Positions 60,119 through 64,000 of a stretch of DNA of 64,000 nucleotides are shown here, in pieces. Made by a program: the position numbers and the translations under genes. Each line of letters begins with the position of its first letter. The stretch's first letter is position 1. Origin of the DNA: Longimicrobiales bacterium (GTDB lineage: Bacteria > Gemmatimonadota > Gemmatimonadetes > Longimicrobiales > Gaopeijiaceae); the NCBI GenBank assembly GCA_965115885.1, contig OZ220479.1, positions 1,732,334 to 1,796,333 of the forward strand, written 5' to 3'. The notes beneath the pieces were generated by a model, which saw nothing but the letters and a program-made list of their open reading frames with translations, was not told the DNA's origin and did no database searches.

Positions 60119-60823
60119 CTACATCCTCCTCGATGCCCAGACGACGCGGCCGATGACGCGGATCTCGTCGACGAGGCGCTCGTAGCTCTCGTACTCCGGG
60201 TTGAGCGACTTGATCAGGACTCGGGGCGGGTCGGAGTTCGGCACGTGCTCGACGCGCTTCGCGACGCACCCCATGCCGTCCCAGATCGCGAACACGCCCG
60301 GCGGCGTCGGCGCCGTACGGCTCACGTCGACCAGCACGCGGTCGCCGGCCGACAGCAGCGGCTCCATCGAGTCGCCCTCGACGGCGAGCATCCGCAGGTC
60401 CTCCGCCCGCGCGCGGAACTCGTGGCGCACGACGGGATCCGCGAACAGCCACCGCGCCACCGCCCTGGGCTCGTCGTCCCACATGCCGATCCCCGCCGCG
60501 GCGCGCACGTCGATCTCGGGAACCGCCGCGTAACCCCTCGGCACGACGCGCGAGGCGGTCGGCGCCTTCAAGTGCGCCCCCATTTCTCGCGGGTGCCGCA
60601 ACAGGTCGGGACTGCACCCGACGTGCTCGGCGAGCGCCTCGCGGTCGTGTTCGCCGAGCACCCGGGGCGTGCCCCGATGGATGAACTGGTGCATGTACGC
60701 GCCGTTTCGGCCCATCGCGAGCGACGCCATCCGCAGGCTCGAGCGGCTATCCGCCAGCAGCGCGACGATCCGTCGGCGCACCGGGTCCAGTTCCGAGTCG
60801 TCCCTTCTCGTGCGTCTCATCAT
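60119..60823 (-). CDS. CI/LexA/SetR-like repressor (HTH + S24 peptidase)
   Basis: 234 aa with an Ala-Gly cleavage-site-like AAAGIG, the catalytic Ser context VEGDSMEP, and a Lys in CVAKRV. Confidence 0.8.
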   Translation of the reverse strand: MMRRTRRDDSELDPVRRRIVALLADSRSSLRMASLAMGRNGAYMHQFIHRGTPRVLGEHDREALAEHVGCSPDLLRHPREMGAHLKAPTASRVVPRGYAAVPEIDVRAAAGIGMWDDEPRAVARWLFADPVVRHEFRARAEDLRMLAVEGDSMEPLLSAGDRVLVDVSRTAPTPPGVFAIWDGMGCVAKRVEHVPNSDPPRVLIKSLNPEYESYERLVDEIRVIGRVVWASRRM

Positions 60824-61103
60824 GTAGAGGACACTACCTACGCGACCCGGTCCGCGCAAGTCCCGCCGACCTGCGCGCCCGATTCGACGGCTCCTGCCCC
60901 TGACGTTCCGCCGCAATCTCGAAAGGGCTGATGTCCACTGGTTTCGCGCCCTCGGACCAGGAGTTCCGAGGCTCCGGCACGCGACTGGCGGAGCCGGTCG
61001 ACGACCCGAATCGCGCATCTCGTTGCGATCGAACGACGTGGGAAAAAGACCATATCCCATACACTTGCGTTATTTGCCAACATGGTGTTCGGATTCCCGC
61101 ACG

Positions 61104-61391
61104 ATGGAGAACCTGACGAACGAGTTCGAGCGGCGCGTGGAGGCGTTCCTGCGGCGGTCGCGGCTCTCGCCTTCGGAGTTCGGCGAGCGGGCGGTCGGCG
61201 ACCGGAAGTTCGTGGGCGACGTGCGGCGGGGCCGTTCGCCGCGGTTGGCGACGGCGGACCGGGTGCTGGCGTTCATGGCGGAGTGGGAGCGCGCGCACGG
61301 ACACGAGTCGTCGTCGGGGGATCGGTCGGTCGCGTCCGGGCCGGGGACGTCCGGGCGGAAACACACCATTAATAAGGAGTCGAGGAGATGA
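61104..61391 (+). CDS. Hypothetical 95-aa protein heading the T4SS operon
   Basis: ATG at 61104. ATGA overlap with the pilin gene. Basic and helical, with no recognised motif. Confidence 0.5.
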   Translation: MENLTNEFERRVEAFLRRSRLSPSEFGERAVGDRKFVGDVRRGRSPRLATADRVLAFMAEWERAHGHESSSGDRSVASGPGTSGRKHTINKESRR

Positions 61392-61663
61392 GGGGATCGC
61401 TGCGGGCCGCGCTGGCCGCGCTGTGGGCGCTGGCGCCGAGCGCGGTGCGGGCGCAGGGCACGAGCCCGTGGGTGGAGGCGGTGAACGAGCTGCAGGCTCA
61501 GTTCACGGGTCCGATCGCTCGGGGGCTGTCGCTGGTCGCCATCGTGGTGGGCGGGCTGATGTTCGCGTTCGGGGAGGGCGGGAGCAAGCGCACGCTGGCC
61601 GGGATCATCTTCGGGATCGGGATGGCGATGGGCGCGGTGAACTTCCTGGCGTGGCTGTTCTGA
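61388..61663 (+). CDS. virB2: TrbC/VirB2-family T4SS pilin
   Basis: 91 aa: signal peptide, then two hydrophobic helices (LSLVAIVVGGLMFAFG.., LAGIIFGIGMAMGAVNFLAWLF), as in VirB2/TrbC. Confidence 0.75.
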   Translation: MRGSLRAALAALWALAPSAVRAQGTSPWVEAVNELQAQFTGPIARGLSLVAIVVGGLMFAFGEGGSKRTLAGIIFGIGMAMGAVNFLAWLF

Positions 61664-61965
61664 TGCGGGGTTCGAGGCGCTGGATGGGCTACGCGGCGCT
61701 GAACCGTCCGCTGACGGTGCTGGGCGTCGAGCGGCGTCTGTTCCTCTTGGGCTCGACGCTGGCGGCTGCGGTGTGGAACGCGACGGCGTCGCTGGCGGCG
61801 GGCGGAGCGGTGTTCGCGGCCTGCCACGGCGCCGGCTGGCTGGCGGGCCGCCGGGATCCGGCGTTGCTCGCGACGCTGCGGGCGGCGATGCGCCACCCGT
61901 CGAGATACGACCCGGGCAAATGGGTGGCCGAGCCGTGGCGTCTCCGCATCCGGGCGGACTCGTGA
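61663..61965 (+). CDS. virB3: TrbD/VirB3-family T4SS protein
   Basis: 100 aa with LNRPLTVLGVERRLF and a hydrophobic segment, positioned between the pilin and VirB4. TGATG junction. Confidence 0.7.
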   Translation: MRGSRRWMGYAALNRPLTVLGVERRLFLLGSTLAAAVWNATASLAAGGAVFAACHGAGWLAGRRDPALLATLRAAMRHPSRYDPGKWVAEPWRLRIRADS

Positions 61966-64000
61966 GGGTCGCCGGGGAACGCGCGGCCTACGGGGCGGCG
62001 GGCTCGCTGGCCGAGGAGCTGCCCTACTGGGGTTGGCTGGCCGACGGTCGGGCCTGCCTGACCCGTTCGGGCGAACTGATCGCGGTGGGCCGGATCCGGG
62101 CGGCGACGACGGACGGGCGCACGCCCGAACAGATGGACGGCGTGCTGGGCCGCTGGCAACGACTGCTCTCGGGGCTGGGCCCCGAGACGCGCCTCCAGTT
62201 CCACCTGCTGCGCCGCCCCGTTCCGGAGACCGATGCGGAAGAGGGGAACGGCTCCGGGATCGCCAAGATCTCGGGTCGGAAGCGTCGCGCGTTCCTGGCC
62301 GGGCGCGTGCAACGCCTCGACGCCTACGCGATCTGGTCTCAGGACCCCGGTCTTCGCGCGTCCGCTCGCGGCTCGAAGGCGGGACCGGCGGCGCGGCTCT
62401 CGCGATTGCGGAGGCGGCGCGGCAAGGCGGCGACGACCCATCTCGCGTCGGAGATCGAAGCGGCGGCCGAGCGGTTCCACGCGACGGTCGAGGCGGGCCG
62501 CTCGCTGGTGGCCGAGCACACGCCGGTCGAGATGCTGGGTGCGGTCGAGGCGTCCCGCCTGCTGTGCGAGCTGATCAACCGTCCCGGCACGGCGTGGGAC
62601 GGCGCGACGGGCAGCGGCATGAACTGGCGGCTCGCGATCTCGGAGCTCGAGGCGGAGCGTTCGCACCTGCGGCTGGACGGCGAGCCGACGATCCTGTATT
62701 CGCTGGTCTCGCCGCCGGGCCGTGCGCGCGCCAACCTGCTCGAGGACCTGTACTGCCTGGACGCGACGCTGACGGTGTCGCTCGAGTGGCGGCCGTGGAC
62801 GGTCGAGGCGGCGCGCCGACGGATCCGAAGCGCGCAGCGGCACTACTTCGCGCGTCGCTACTCGATGATGGCGCACGCGCAGGAGACGCAAGGCACGGCG
62901 GCGGCGATGGTCGATTCGGCGGCGGCGGCCGAGTCGGACCGGCTGGGCGGCGCGTTGGTCGAACTCGAGGCCGACGGCGTGGCGTACGGCGAGGCGTCGC
63001 TGACGGTCGCGCTGCACGGCGACTTGGCCGAGATCGAGCGCCTGGACGGCGACGTGCGCCGGATCTTCGCCGCGCACGACGCTAAAGTGGTCCGCGAGAG
63101 CTATGGCCAGCTGCCCGCATGGTTCGCGCGCCTTCCGGCCCAGCCGAGGCGCCGACAGGTGCGCGGGGTGTTCGCGTCGGCGGGCCTGACGGCGTGCATG
63201 GCGCCGGTGTTCGGTCCGCCGAGGGGAACGGCGTGGAGCGGTCATCTCGGCCGCGAGTCGCTCGCGACGTTCGAGACGCGGTGGCGCACGGCGTACGGTC
63301 ACGACCTGTTCGCGGGCGACGTCGGCCACACGCTGGTGCTCGGCGCGACGGGCTCGGGCAAGAGCTTCGCGCTGAACTTCCTCTTGGTCGAGGCGCTCAA
63401 GTACGACCCCCGGGTGCTGATCCTGGACCTGGGCGGCTCGTACCGCTGGCTGACGCGGTTCGTCGGAGGTCGGCATCTCGAGCTCGCGCCGGGCGAGGCG
63501 GAGGCTTCGCTCCGGTTGCAGCCGTTCGGGCTGCCCGCGACGACGCGCACGTTCCAGTTCCTGACGGGCTGGGTTCTGAGACTGCTGCGGCTCGGGGGAT
63601 ACGAGCCCGGCGGCGCGGACACGAGCGAGGTCCGGACGCGGATCGAGGACTTGTACGCGCTCGATCTCCGGCGGCGCACGCTGAGCGTCCTGGCGGGTTC
63701 GTTGCCGGCGGCGACGTGGCCGGCGCTCGGCCGCTGGACGGAGGGCGGCGCGTGGGGCGCGTTCTTCGACAACTCGCCGGCGGGCGCGGCGGACATCGAG
63801 TTCCGCGACTGGCAGGTGATCGACCTGGCGGGCGCGGCGGAGCACGCCGACCTGTGCGAGGCGGCGCTGTCGTACCTGCTCGAGCGGACGCGACTCGAGA
63901 TCGAGGATCCGGCCGAGACGACGCGGCTGAAGCTGACGGTCGTGGACGAGGCGTGGCGGTACCTGGCGGACCCTGCGGCGCTGGCCTACCTGGCGGAGGC
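61962..64000 (+). CDS. virB4: TrbE/VirB4-family T4SS ATPase (3' end beyond window)
   Basis: GTG at 61962 in a GTGA overlap. The frame is open to the window edge. Motifs: LGATGSGKSF (Walker A) and LTVVDEAWRYL (Walker B). It is not in the track because no stop is reached. Confidence 0.85.
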   Translation, partial: MRVAGERAAYGAAGSLAEELPYWGWLADGRACLTRSGELIAVGRIRAATTDGRTPEQMDGVLGRWQRLLSGLGPETRLQFHLLRRPVPETDAEEGNGSGIAKISGRKRRAFLAGRVQRLDAYAIWSQDPGLRASARGSKAGPAARLSRLRRRRGKAATTHLASEIEAAAERFHATVEAGRSLVAEHTPVEMLGAVEASRLLCELINRPGTAWDGATGSGMNWRLAISELEAERSHLRLDGEPTILYSLVSPPGRARANLLEDLYCLDATLTVSLEWRPWTVEAARRRIRSAQRHYFARRYSMMAHAQETQGTAAAMVDSAAAAESDRLGGALVELEADGVAYGEASLTVALHGDLAEIERLDGDVRRIFAAHDAKVVRESYGQLPAWFARLPAQPRRRQVRGVFASAGLTACMAPVFGPPRGTAWSGHLGRESLATFETRWRTAYGHDLFAGDVGHTLVLGATGSGKSFALNFLLVEALKYDPRVLILDLGGSYRWLTRFVGGRHLELAPGEAEASLRLQPFGLPATTRTFQFLTGWVLRLLRLGGYEPGGADTSEVRTRIEDLYALDLRRRTLSVLAGSLPAATWPALGRWTEGGAWGAFFDNSPAGAADIEFRDWQVIDLAGAAEHADLCEAALSYLLERTRLEIEDPAETTRLKLTVVDEAWRYLADPAALAYLAE

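Overview
High-GC bacterial chromosomal window; 60-nt samples counted by hand in the housekeeping part give about 70-75% G+C. No database search or folding could be run, so all family calls come from motifs read in the supplied translations.

LEFT PART (1-26.3 kb): densely packed housekeeping genes.
- plsY (partial), der and a DUF512 gene.
- tRNA-Gly(CCC), a cupin lipoprotein and a TPR lipoprotein.
- A long minus-strand string: alaS, orf97, a CCA/poly(A)-polymerase-family gene, rarA, hflX, pdxJ, a UPF0104 membrane protein and ispE.
- recA.
- A roughly 1670-aa DUF4011/SF1 helicase with a nuclease-like domain.
- A DUF547 gene plus two glycosyltransferase-like genes.
- Many gene junctions are 4-nt GTGA/ATGA start-stop overlaps.

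RIGHT PART (26.4-64 kb): a compositionally mosaic accessory or defence island that runs into a conjugative (type IV secretion) module. In order it contains:
1. A DUF499 ATPase plus a 5'-truncated DUF1156 methylase.
2. A junkyard of IS3-like and IS21-like remnants and repeats.
3. A lower-GC giant NACHT/STAND-like NTPase with a C-terminal PD-(D/E)xK-like nuclease motif, bracketed by about 90-bp inverted repeats.
4. An apparently intact IS21-family element (istA/istB).
5. A very AT-rich cassette encoding a 34-aa membrane peptide and an HExxH-x18-E metallopeptidase-like protein.
6. A 1722-aa Avs-like STAND NTPase with an N-terminal nuclease-like domain. It shares a duplicated 140-bp upstream module with the AT-rich cassette.
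7. A type I R-M locus: frameshifted hsdR, a nucleotidyltransferase-HsdS fusion, and an hsdM with atypical catalytic motifs.
8. A single-polypeptide gamma-type N6-adenine MTase fused to a BsuBI/PstI-type endonuclease.
9. A CI/SetR-like S24 repressor divergent from virB2, virB3 and virB4 homologues.

The most novel-looking candidates are the two giant STAND NTPases, which have opposite effector polarity, and the small-peptide/metallopeptidase cassette that shares their regulatory module.
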